Assembly: GCA_051362555.1 (NCBI GenBank)
Contig: CM120641.1
Location: 16,740,001 to 16,804,000, forward strand
DNA length: 64,000 nucleotides
Source: Lingula anatina
Taxonomy: Eukaryota; Animalia; Brachiopoda
Reading direction: 5' to 3'
Part shown: positions 38,401 through 50,402 of the stretch, piece by piece
Numbering within the stretch: the stretch's first letter is position 1
Layout of the letters: each line of letters opens with the position of its first letter
The notes under the pieces: model-generated
Seen by the model: the letters and a program-made list of their open reading frames with translations, nothing else
What the model was told of the DNA's origin: nothing
The model's database searches: none
Translations under genes and position numbers: made by a program

Positions 38401-40839
38401 TCAGTATTACCTCAATCAATCAAATGAACAAAATAAATAAGATATACTATTTAAACGGACATTTTGGAAAATAAATAGTTTTAACTTAAAAGCTATTTGT
38501 CCCTGTCAGTGTTTCATACCTATTAAGACATCATCTATCTTGACTTCAGCACGGCATCTGTGTTTTGTTCCATTTCGTAGCTGTAGACAGTAATTATACC
38601 CACTCCCCAGTTCGACGTATTCTCCTTCTGCTGTCTTAAAATGGCGTCCGCCTTCCACTTTGACTCGATAGCCATCAATTTCGAGGAAGTTTTTGGATGC
38701 AGGTTTGTACTTTGAAGGAGCTAGGTCGAAAAGTATCAAATGCATCAGAAACATATATCAATTTGTTAGGATTATGAAAGAGCAATAGAAATTTGATTAA
38801 AGCGGTTTATAAAAAAGCTAGAAAATCTTCCCAACGTGTTTCTGTTACTCACAAGTACACATATTAACTCTTACCCAATCCTTGAGCGAGCTCTTGTATA
38901 TTGTCTTTGATAGTTATCAATTCTTCCACCTGCTCTTGCTGACGGTTGGCCTAAATATACAAATATATATCCACAAAAATATTGTGATACGATCTAGTGC
39001 CAGTATCATAGGAACCTTTGTAACTATTTACTCATATAACAACCAAGATGCAAACTGCCAGCAGATGAGGATATTCTGTTTTTTACTTCCGTCTGGTACA
39101 ACTATATGCACTATACTAATGTATGCATAAATCATAGCGCCCTATATGTCAAAGAAAAAAAAAACAAAATATCAAGTTGTTTTAAGTGACCAAGCTATGT
39201 ATTACATATTGGAGTTACCGGTAGAAGACGTAGAAGCATTCTCACTTACAATTTGATCCAGTGTCACCTTCATCTCCAGCATGCTGCTAGCCTTCTGGTC
39301 CAACTTCTGCAGCAGCTCACTCTGGTGGACACTTTCAGCAAACATGGCTTCAGTCAGCTGCTTTACTATCTCCTCCTTCAGCTGGTCGAGGTTTTCAACG
39401 CGGGCGGTGGCTTTGAGAATCTTGGCAATGGCATTTTGGTCGGGGAGGAGGCACTGTATGATATACAATTCTGCCACCTCCAAAACCTAAAATTGGGTTG
39501 TGTGGAATGATTAAATAGTGGAATCTTATTGAAAAATAAAGATGGATGACAAAATTTGTGACATGTAATAAATTATTTGGGGTGCAAACTATCATGGCCA
39601 AGGCACGAATAGTTATTTTGTTGTCTGCACAGCGATGTGGATTTATAACAAGGTCAAATTCAATACAATGACTTAGAAGTTAGAAGAGGGCACATATACT
39701 CGTTATTAAGTTTGAGGAAAAACATACATTTATTGTATTGCTCACTATAATATAGTTAATTGTGAGTGTACCACAGGTGTTTATTGTGTTGTAAACTCTA
39801 TTACCTCCACAAGCTGCTCCAACAGGAAAGACTGTTCTTCGTTTTGCGCCACCAGAGAACCACCGACAATCACCTCCACATTTCTGATCACTTTCAGTAA
39901 GTCCATAGCCTCGGCTTGCAGCGTGGCGTTGGCTTTGAAGATTCCGTATACGCTGCTGATAATCCCCAGGGCAGTCTTGATATAGGGGAGCTCGTCGCCC
40001 AATCCGATCGCACCCTCTAAAATATGTTCGCCCACGTTGGTGAGACCAAATTCGTCTGCTCGCTTGAGTGCTTCGGAAAACTTATCGACTACAACCACCA
40101 CCTTGAAAAAATACTTTCTTCATTAAAAGAGAAATTGAAGATTTGGCATTCATGTTACTTACGAAAAGCGTCATTGAAAAGTTTATTTAATCTAATATAT
40201 TAGGTTTACAAATCCGCCCTGATTTGACAAACATTCTGTTTTTACATAACTGAAGGTTGGCGGGCAAGTTTGATTCTGAATTTTAATCTTAAGATCACTG
40301 ATTGAAACAATTGGGTTACACAAACTATACCTTTCTTACTTCACTTTTTAAATGCTTACTTTTTCCTGGTTTGAAACTTCGTCGCTTGGTCTGTCCACAA
40401 TATCTATGCCGGTGCCTCTGCTGAACAGTTTCATCATCCCCGCCTGGCGCTTCAGTCGGCGGAACACCAGAGCAAGGACAGCAGCGTCTTTGGCAGATTT
40501 CCACAAGGCGACGAAGTCCTTCGTTTTCTTTTTCACGAGGCAACTTTTCATGCATTTGGTAGTCTGTCCAACCTTTTTGAAATATTCAGGGTCTCTATCT
40601 TGTTGGCTGTAATACATGTTGAGCTGGTTTTCGACAACTTTCAGTTCCCCACCTAGTATAAGCGCCATTTCAGAGAGCTCTGGAGTCAAGTTTTCTGTAG
40701 CCACGGCGTTGTACATTTTGAAAATTTGTTTGACATGCTTGAAAGGTCTTTTCAGATCACAATTATCCTCGTTTTCAATAACATCTTCTGTTTCGGGCTT
40801 TGGCTTTAGATCCCCAATGTCTGGAATGGTTGATGCCAT
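32440..40839 (-). CDS. 14-exon gene, ~1194 aa: MLKL/RPW8-like helical bundle(s) + coiled coil + split beta-rich domain with tandem ubiquitin-like repeats (paralog A)
   Basis: Exons 40360-40839, 39805-40101, 39250-39486, 38875-38950, 38520-38720, 38083-38261, 37582-37793, 36475-37362, 36138-36306, 35191-35250, 34648-34996, 34025-34085, 33136-~33351 and 32440-32599. All join GT-AG with compatible phases and no stop codon. The start is uncertain (frame open to the acceptor at 40906), as is the exon-13 acceptor. Domain names are by eye. Confidence 0.8.
32694..32936. mobile_element. TA-target MITE (Tc1/mariner-pogo type) in the last intron of paralog A only
   Basis: TIRs GGGGAGACCGGGGCTAGTTGGACCCCGGGGTAAGTTG / CAACTTACCCCGGGGTCCAACTAGCCCCGGGGTCCCC with TA flanks. 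The empty site is at ~50650 in copy 2. Confidence 0.88.
35800..35872 (-). mobile_element. 5' end of a HINE-like relic related to the 1-10.4 kb family (second copy at ~54520-54590)
   Basis: The reverse complement reads hairpin ACAGACAC..GTGTCTGT then CCATCACCTGTGTCTGTCGTCGCCATCACCGTCG, matching 7041-7075. Confidence 0.55.
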
Positions 40840-40944
40840 CGTTGGTGTTGCTGGTGTTAAGATGGAGTACAGTTTCTGTGAGACAGGGCTTACAACGTAA
40901 AGGTCCTGAAAAAGAAATAAAAAGGTAAATCGTGCCACATGAAA

Positions 40945-40975
<31 letters not shown>

Positions 40976-41605
40976 ACAAACACTCCACACTGTTTTATTT
41001 TTGCACAGAGAGTAAATAGGCGACAAAAAAGTGCTGTATATTTATTCATTTTTTAAAAACGCGAGGGATGTATCGTTTCACTCATTCACCACACCGTTGA
41101 AGTAAAGTTACCGTTACCAATTCAATCAATAAAACTAAATACCAGTTTTATTATTGTCGAATATGCTAAATAAACGAAGAAATATAAAATATGTTATATA
41201 CACGGCCCGTTGTCACCTAGTGCCCACCAAGCATCGTTAGATGCTATTCTAAATTTTGTTCTTAGTCAACATTGAGATCTATCTGCAGCGAGTGTGATTA
41301 GCGTAGAAAGAGATACATGTAATTAGGCGACAAGCCAAGTAGGCGGTAAAGCCCGTCATTTCAGTAGCTTAAGTTCACCAGCAGGTCAAAGATATCAGGT
41401 GTCAACCCGTGCAATGACCCGAGGTTGGATATAATCATACATGGAAGTCAAAATTGACACTTTGAAAATAAAATTCTTATCTGCAGGAAGTTGCAAACAC
41501 ACCCTCAGTGACCATCCATTACTCGGGTATTACATAATAACCCTAAGATACCTGGGTCCTAGGTTGTCCTTAACTCCATTTGTCTGTTCGTCACCAGTCT
41601 AACTC

Positions 41606-41639
<34 letters not shown>

Positions 41640-42863
41640 GGGGGGGGGGGGGGGGGATTTTGATGAAATTTCCAGGATAAGTCAGAAATGGTCCAACTTA
41701 GGAGTGATAAGATTTTGGTGATGATCCAACATTTAATAAACGGTTAATCATTAGTTAATTATTTGTCTTGGTGGGAGTTAGTGCTCTCAGAACTTTTCTA
41801 GTTATAATTATTTTGAATTGGCCCCCATTTCATCACAATATTCCTATATTACTCAAGAAAATGTTAACTTGTTTCCTTAGTTTCATATGCATATTCTTCT
41901 TAAAAAAAGTCAGCCAAGCTTTCGAAATATTCACTAGTCATGTTCACAAAATTCTTTACTGGGTGCTACCCCATGAGGACACTGACGGGAAAGCCGAAAG
42001 TCTGAGTTATTCCTTTCCTGTCATGAAATTCCAGAACGTTGTCCCAATCACCTGGCAAGCTACACCGAGTCTGACTGTTAAGCCTGTATAGGACCATCTT
42101 ACCACTTATCGACTAGAAAATAAGCAAGACCAGTGGCCACGCACCGCCATCATTCTGTGTTACCAATCGATATCGTGACCAGTGAGATAAAATGCACACA
42201 GTGCTAAATTATTTCATTGGCAGGATTGTCGATATCGTATAATATTCATTTCATAGAACTTATGGCCATGAATGTGCGTTCCTTACTGGCGAGATAGATA
42301 GGCTGGAATCAATAGCAGACGGTAAGATGTGCACTTTATGTATTGCAGCGGAGCAATGGAGAAAATAGTTAAACAGTTTTTTAATCCGTTTTAATGTCAT
42401 ATATTTTCACCTTCAATAGAAATGTTGGAGCATGTGCAAAAATAAAAAAGGCAACACATGACGTCATGTGCTACTACAATGTATAGGCTAGTTTTAAATA
42501 CGCCATGTAACTTCTAACCTTATGGACACCATTAAACTTTCGAAAACTCGTTAAAAAATCACTACATGCCATCGTTCACATGATAACATAACTTAATTGC
42601 TGCTGATTTAGGACAATATTAATTGTCCCCAAATGATATCTACGTGGTTTCCTAACACCCTGTTTGCTACAGGCTCGTTCTACGACTGTTGTTTAGCTCT
42701 GCCAGACCTAAGGGTTTTCTTCTCTCTACCAGAGGCTAACAGAGTGATGACGTCAAATCTATGGACAAATTTTTGCTGGGCTGTACAGAAAAGTGCGTAT
42801 AAGTAGCTATAGATGTATCTGTGAATGTTTAGTGAAAAATCAATCTGAGGTCCTGGTAGAGGA

Positions 42864-43031
42864 CAGGGGCGGATCCCGAGATTTTTTTTTTGACAGTCTT
42901 CAAAATTATCTTTGTTGATCCATCTTCCATTTGACCGTCTTCTGACAGAAAAAATTAGATGCCCGTCAATGTAAACTTAAAAAATATGACCATCTTTCAG
43001 AAGACCCAGAGAGGGCTTCTGTCCGCCCCTG
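42864..43031. mobile_element. Short MITE with CAGGGGCGGA / TCCGCCCCTG termini (hAT-like); also at ~61093-61260
   Basis: 10-bp terminal inverted repeat. No clean TSD recognised. Confidence 0.45.
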
Positions 43032-46000
43032 GAGGGTACATGTATATATTTCCGGATGATTATATTTTCCCGCGTTTCGAACGGTATAGCGGGGAAATGT
43101 ATGGATGACACGGGTCAGTGAAAACGGGGACAAATGCTCAATATCTGTGCAATCATTTGATTGGTCAATCACTGGTTATGCTTAGTAGCTTTGAGGGGGT
43201 GGGTCACTTTCTTGATGGCGACCAAACTAAACTAGTAGTATTGACATTGAATATGTTGATTATAACATTTGTTAAAAACAATGGGTACACGGAATTTCTA
43301 GAGTGGATTTTTACGGTCTAAAATGTTTTTATTCTTAGCTTTTCTCCTAGGATGTCTTGAGTTAAAAGAAAAGTTGTTATAAAGGGGGAACGTTAAGCTC
43401 GAAACAAAGAGAAACAAATATTAGTATATATTAAAGTGAATGGAAGAATCATGAAAATATTGATAATTTTACGGAACAGTAATTCATATTGGTAGATTTG
43501 TAAAGCTATGTCTGTGTCATCCAAATAATCAGATTTACAAATGTACTTTTTTCTTTTTATGATAAATAATAATTAGGTTCCAGCGTCTTGGTCGGGCCCC
43601 GCAAATGTTATATGTGCGCTATTTGGTATGTTTTGATTAAGTGGAGTTAACACAACCGGTTTTTACTGCACTGTCCTGACCTATGTATGTGTGATTATAT
43701 ATATATTTCACTTTGAAAGGCTGCTTCAAATGTGAGTGATATGGATGTGCGTTTTAGGGGTGGGGAGGGGAGCATCCTTTGCATATTTCATGTTATGTGC
43801 AAGGCAGGGTACGGTTTATTGGACCCCTCCCCCATTTAAGCGGTCGGTACAATGGACTGGTTACCGGTTATCTTGGCAGACGCGCACGTAAATAAAAGTA
43901 TCAGTTCATTATTCTGCATTAAATAAAAGTCACCTAAAAGTACAAAGTGGGTCAAGGCTTATATCCGGGTCAGTCGAATGTTTTTATTGTTTTTGATGAG
44001 CTGCGTTGTCTACTACAGCAGTAAAGATCCTGGACGAATTAATTTTGCTTGTCCACACTGAGAGGGACCTGTTCCCTCGGATGGTATTTTAGCTGTCATT
44101 AAGCCACCACGTTGCCTTTGTTGTCGATCTTACTTAAGTATCTAGCATGTAAGGTCGAAAACTGAGGCAATCCAGGAGCAACAGTGGTAGACTACCAACC
44201 ACCGACTAGTGATATGGATCGAGCATTTGTGACAAATACTAGTAGACCACTGAAGCGGCAAATTGAAGATATATATTTGCAAATATACACTACACTACAT
44301 ATTGCCCTCGACCTACACTTAAATATATAGCCCATTATACATTATATATGAATGCATATAAGCGCACATAGTGCACTGGTATAGTGTCAATACTGGACAA
44401 TTTCTCTACTTGAAATAGGCAACGCTGACAGAAATGAAGTCCAGTGTTTGAAAGGAAGATACATAAATACGTTACCTCACTTCCTCAGCTTTATTTTGAA
44501 TCTTCAGAACAGTCTCATCCGACTAATTTGAGTTCGATTATCCTGAAAATGTTACAGCCAGATGTCAGTGGTTGGTGAATGGTGAGCTTGTTTAAATGCA
44601 CCAGAGAATCGAAATGGCACTTTAGTATTGGTACGCCGCTAATATCATTTCTCACACGGACGAGTCTAACTTCGCGGACCTGTCTCCCCTTGTTATGTCC
44701 CTCTGTGTGCGGATTGTACAATGTATAGGGACGTGTTTATCCAAGTGAAAATTGACGTCCTAAAAGCAAGGGGAAGTCGGATACATATATATAGGAGTGA
44801 CTTAATCACCGAGTGCCCTGAATAATGTAACTGCAAGATGAATAATCCGAATAATGCGAGCAATGTCATTTTCTATAGTATTCTTTTTGGAAGGAAGGAT
44901 TTATCCAGATTTTGCTTGCATTTTCATTTTGGATTATCTATACAAAATTCTTTACCACAACATAAGAGTTATATGAACTTGGCGCGCGCTTCATAAAATT
45001 TTTGCTATAAGATAATTTTCTCATTGTTTGGGCGGAAACCATGGATCTAGAACCCCAAATATTATCTAAGATTGTAGGCACCAAGTTGTTTCATTTCCCT
45101 TATTTTTAACGTCTTTTACTTGCTGACCTTTCTTAAGAAGTAATCGACTAATTAACGGTCGACGTTCTAGTCTGCGCTCATTTCTCGATAAAATCAACCG
45201 CCAGAAGGTAAATTTGACACGAGAGATATTATCAAAGGGTTTGCCATTCCCGTGATACTGTAGCGTCCGAGTACAAGAATGAGTTTCCGCTTGTTATATA
45301 ACTTGCATTCGGACGTCAATCAGTTTGGTACGCGTAAGTATTACCAGTGAAAATCTTCACACTGCTGAGAGGGTCCCAATTGGGGGATAGGGGGACCAGT
45401 ATTGATCACACTTCACGGGAAATAAAGTCATCAAATCACATATTATTGTAAATAAAACTTTTTTCGTAACTCATAGAAAATGCAAGTCCGGCGAGTTGTA
45501 AATCACATATAATATTTATCGAGTAGGGGCCTACAATAATTTCGTTTCACGAAGGGCAAATAATAAAAAAGCTGCATTCACATGCCATGGACGTGAGCTG
45601 CTTCACGGATCATTAAAGGACATCCGACATACCGTCAGAATGGCCTGAACGGAACCAGTCCACCCCCTCCCCCCTCCAGGCTGTGCGTCTCTCGTACAAC
45701 CCTTCTCTGGTCACTTTCATACAGAGGTGAGACGCCTCTTTCTACACCACGCTGAGGTGAGACGCCTCACGCAGTACGCTGTACACGGCTACGCACACTC
45801 ACTCCATCAGATATAACTATAAACTGATATATCAAATCACTCCTTTACACAAGCGAAACGGAGGAAAATCCAAGGGAATTAGAGCATTAGCTCTCAATCC
45901 CGAGCGTCCCACAAACAATCTCTAAGCTTTTAACTAGGGGCGCTGTCAAAACACACGTCCCCAGGGGCCCAGCCTTGGATCGTGTTATTTTGATTAGAGG

Positions 46001-46469
46001 TAGTTAAACCAAGGCATGAGCCGACCACCCCCAAACATCTCTCACGGTGTAACCATAGATAAGGTCATGAAATTGTCGGCACTGTTGTAGAATTATAAAA
46101 AGAGAGCAATGTTGGCGTTTTTGCATTATTTTCAGACTCAAAAGTTTCAATAACAAATGTGAAGGTGTTCAAATCCATTAATAGAAATACTGCCTCCAAC
46201 GCGTTTTTTCCATTTACAACAGCATACTATAATAGCATACTATAATAATATTTTGATTCGGAATATATTTACGATTTTATTGCTATATATCCAAGGCAAC
46301 AGCAAAGTTAACGTATTTTAACGTTCTTATTTCTAAATCAAAATGGAATAATGTAGCTTATGAATTTCTCCGTCTCTGAAATGCGCCTTTTGTGTTTATT
46401 TATGTCATCATTCCATTATGACTGCAGCTGAGACCTCCTCATTTGCCCAATTATACCATCCACGTATTG

Positions 46470-46639
46470 TTGGCCAGTGACGCAACGGAGCTTTACTCGG
46501 GCGTAGTTACGACGATCAGTTTTTGTCTTGGTGCAACGGGCGTAAGCAGGGAGAGTTAACCTGGCACACGGACGCCAGGCGTTGCGGTTTACGACAGTCG
46601 TAGCCGAGTAAATTTACGCCCTGTTGGTGCAACCGGGCC
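46470..46639. mobile_element. Truncated Harbinger-like (CWG target) MITE end at the left boundary of duplication copy 2
   Basis: Ends ...TTTACGCCCTGTTGGTGCAACCGGGCC followed by CAG, where GRL homology begins. The partner TIR was not found. Confidence 0.45.
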
Positions 46640-48133
46640 CAGTACACCAAAGGCAACAGCCAGCCACCCTAAGTTGGCGATCAGGAGAAATGCATCTTCC
46701 TCCTGTGGTAGGTAGTATATGAAGATGTACAGTATGAGGCAACACAAAGCTATGTTTACTATCATCCATGCCGAGGTAAGCGGTAAAAAATAGGCCTACC
46801 GTCTGCAGTGTCCATGAGTCGGCAGATTTGCTGGTGCCTTTTTCTGTACCATTTTAAGTCACAAGGACTGGAGCCCGTAGTGTCATTATAGTTTTTTATC
46901 GCCATCTTAAGATTTATGTTAAACTCTAGAAAAGCTTTATACATGACTTCAGCAATCGCAAAAAGAATCCAACAGCTTAACATGATAAATTCAAAAGCAA
47001 TCGAAAATGACTTAATTATGTTCATTTATATCGTTCGATTGTTATTTACGAAAAAAAGATGAAATGGAGCGATCTGAAATTCTAAACTATTCACAGAGCC
47101 ATAAATACTATCATACTGTACATCTTGTACGCAAAATTAAAGGGATAATAACTCTTCGTATGAGGTCTATATTTCACAATAAAAACATTTTGAATAACTC
47201 ATAGAAATATAACATATTCTGTTTTACGACAAAAACATGAGTAATAGCTATTATTCTGATATCTGAGTTTGTCTTAAGACCACGTGACCTCCATTGATGG
47301 CTATATTCTGTTATAATCTTTTGCCAAAAAACCAAACTTTTTAGAAAAAAAAAAAACAGGGACTATCTTTGAATGTAGAAATGGATTCATTAACCATTGG
47401 TAAGTATGAGAAAATTGTTGTTTACTCCAGGAAAATTCATTTTTTTTTTTGGCCACAACGAAGAGTTATTATCCCTTTAACCAAGACTATTACCCATCTC
47501 ACAGCAGTGTAAACTAAAATCCGCCATTTAAAATGACGAGGGCAGAATACACAATGCATGTAGTGATGTAAAACTTCCCATTCTGCAAAAAAATTCTGCA
47601 AGCGGTTCTTACGGCATGCCAAATACCAAACCACGTCATGTAAGCGACTTTTACAAATAGGTGGTAGCCCATAGATGGTACGGAAAACATGGTGAATTGT
47701 AGAAGGCAGGTTGTCCATATTGCAACTAGCACTACAGTGCTGTACACTCTCAGAGCTTTTATTCTACCATACGATTGTACTAAGTCGACTGCGGCGTTGG
47801 CGCTTGCTCCACTCATGAAAAATTGGACACGCTATTCACCGCTTGATTCTCGTGGTAGAGCCCCACTAATTTCAGAGATATGATAAGCGGGCAAAAAGGT
47901 TTTTGAAGTGGGTTATTCAAAGCCACGTGTAAGTTTTCAGGAACGTTTCGTCCCGTCTCTGAGGATCCGACTTTGCCTTGTTGCAGCTGAGGTTCCATTC
48001 TAATACCAACTTTGTTGATCTCTAGCATTGATATTTTCCTTCTCTGTCGACACTTATCATGCATGTGAATGCAATCCAATCCGTTTTGTTCATTGTTGGC
48101 ATTCAATACATCACGTGATGTAATCGTACTCAT
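46638..48133 (-). pseudogene. Pseudogenised duplicate of GRL exon 1
   Basis: Homologous to 29510-30699. TGG>TGA stop at ~47813, frameshifting indels and a 336-bp MITE insertion. The 3' end and splice donor are replaced by a TE end, and exons 2-4 were not duplicated. Confidence 0.92.
47141..47476. mobile_element. Kolobok-like MITE (TTAA TSD) inside the GRL pseudogene
   Basis: Perfect 19-bp TIRs AGGGATAATAACTCTTCGT / ACGAAGAGTTATTATCCCT with TTAA duplicated. The empty site GCAAAATTAACCAAG is at ~30008-30022. Confidence 0.92.
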
Positions 48134-48337
48134 TTCAGTATGTTAAGGTTGGTTCTCTCTCTTTGTTGTTGTGTCCTCATAGGTCACAATTATTCCAATC
48201 ATCTGTTGTATTAAGGGGAGAGAACAATGTTTGGTCAATATGCAATCATACTAAGTCGTACTAGTATGTTGGCTCGATCTTGGAGAACGTTTGTACTTTG
48301 ATACACCCGTTTCACATGGATTCGTGGTAAGGCAAAA

Positions 48338-48384
<47 letters not shown>

Positions 48385-49922
48385 AATAAAAACTCCACAG
48401 GAAATGAATTTACATCATCATTTCGTACTATTGATTTTCTTGTATTTTACCAATGAATACCACTTAACGGATGCTTGTCAGAGGAAACACGACGGCAGCG
48501 ATGACACCAGATGCAGATACATGTATGTCAACATAACGATTTCTTGCGGCTCCAAACTATAACGGTGCCTTTAAGCTTCATATGGACATTTAGGTGTGGG
48601 GCTTTCTTTTATGAAGCCAAATGTACCACGAAACGGCTATTCAGAACTGTTTCATCTTATTCCGAAGCCTGATTAACGAAATCCCCGTTTCATGAACAAT
48701 TTAGCCTTTTCAAATTAGATAATTACAAGGGCGACCGCTTTTCACTTGTTATAGTCGTACAAATTAAACTGGTTTAAGTGCTGTAGAAAAAGCATGTGGA
48801 TGTAGCACATCATCTCAGGAAGAACAAAATTACCCAATGAACGGACAGCTCGAACAACGACACGCATTACCCAATGTTTGGAAGTGTAGGGGACCGGAAA
48901 CAAGCCAATGAGACTTTATGAAATTCGTGAATTTGCACAAAAGGCACCGATGACGTACTTCTGAGGAATTATGCAAGTCATGTACACCACAATGCACTGC
49001 CCACTGGCTGTAAAATGTTTAGACGCTACCACAAGAAATAAATGGCATTCAATACATCACGTGATGTAATCGTACTCATTTCAGTACGTCAAGGTTGGTT
49101 CTCTCTCTTTGTTGTTGTGTCCTTATAGGTCCTTACATGCTTTGCAAGGATCCTGTGTTCGTAGCGCATTTTTTTCTTACGATCGAATAGCTTCAATAAT
49201 ACTGGACTCTTTCTAGCTATTTTATTTACTAATTATTCTTTTTGTGGCGTCAATATAAGCATAACAGAAACAAGATTGTTCAGGAGGAAAATTAATTTTG
49301 TGAAGTGTACTAGATTAAGATATTGGACATCCTCACACTATTGGCATTAACGTACTACAACATTGAAGACTGCATCATAAATACGACCATTTCTTCTACT
49401 CTATTTTGTAAGAGAAGGAAAAAGCCATGGACGATATTATCAGATAAAGATAATCTATACCAACAAAACTTGTTTTCGTATAGTTCCCCGTGTGAATTGT
49501 ATAAAACGGTATACATTATAATAATGATAATGATATAACCTAATAATGGTACTTTAGTTGTCCTGACTAAATACAGTCAATAAGTTGCTATTGGTAATAT
49601 ATAATATTTGTTCAAAGGTCTACATTGCTACAATGTATACAGTCCAGTTAAAAAGTACCAGTAACCAATTCCATCTTTCTCTCAACTTGCTGTCGTGCTG
49701 CCGATTTTGTCAAGTAACAGGAAGAAACGGAACACGCTGGAAATAATTTTAACTGTTGACTTATCATCATTATGTATCATTAAATAGAAAATTATATTAA
49801 GTATCATCAATAAGAAAATATCCGAGTATTACCAACTTTAACTACATGCCAACAATGCATTATGTGGTCGAGGCAGGGACATATTAACTAACTGAATCCT
49901 TCTATTCCGAGGTCTATTCCTC

Positions 49923-50401
49923 TTTGTGCTTTTTTTTACATAGACAGTAATACTAAGTTAACGCAATCATCGAAGCACTGTTTCGCTCGCGCGCGCGCGC
50001 GCATGTGTGACCACTAAATTCGGATTACAAAATACCCGGTTGTGACTGACGGAATAAAATCTGAATCTGACTGTCCGTGTCAAAAGCATTGTAAACTGAT
50101 TGGCAATCTGAATGTCAACTTTGCCCTTTTTAGATTCAGGTCTTTTCCTTTTGTGCTTTTTTTTACATAGACAGTAAGTTAACACTATCATCGAAGCACT
50201 GTTTCGCGCGCGCGCCAGCGCGCGTGTGTGTGTGTGTGTGTGTGTAGTGTGTGTGTGTGTGTGTGACCACTAAATTCGGATTACAAAATACGCGTTTGTG
50301 ACTGACGGAGTAAAATCTGAATCTGACTGTCAGTGTCAAAATCACTGTAAACTGATTGGCAATCTGAATGTAAACTTTGCCCTTTTTAGATTCAGGTCTT
50401 T
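49923..50401. repeat. Local tandem duplication (~230-250 bp x2) with (CG)n/(TG)n microsatellite in the 3' region of paralog B
   Basis: TTTGTGCTTTTTTTTACATAGACAGTAA...GATTCAGGTCTTT occurs from ~49923 and again from ~50150. Confidence 0.85.
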
Positions 50402-50402
50402 A

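Larger units (their letters stand above)
29510..43231. repeat. Segmental duplication, copy 1
   Basis: Colinear high similarity with 46638-61470 across exons, introns and flanks, in the same orientation. Confidence 0.95.

Noticed and set aside
41608-41656. Poly-T followed by poly-G, and other microsatellites such as (TAA)n, (GA)n and (TAAA)n
   Set aside because: Ordinary simple repeats whose length varies between the duplicate copies; possible homopolymer errors.
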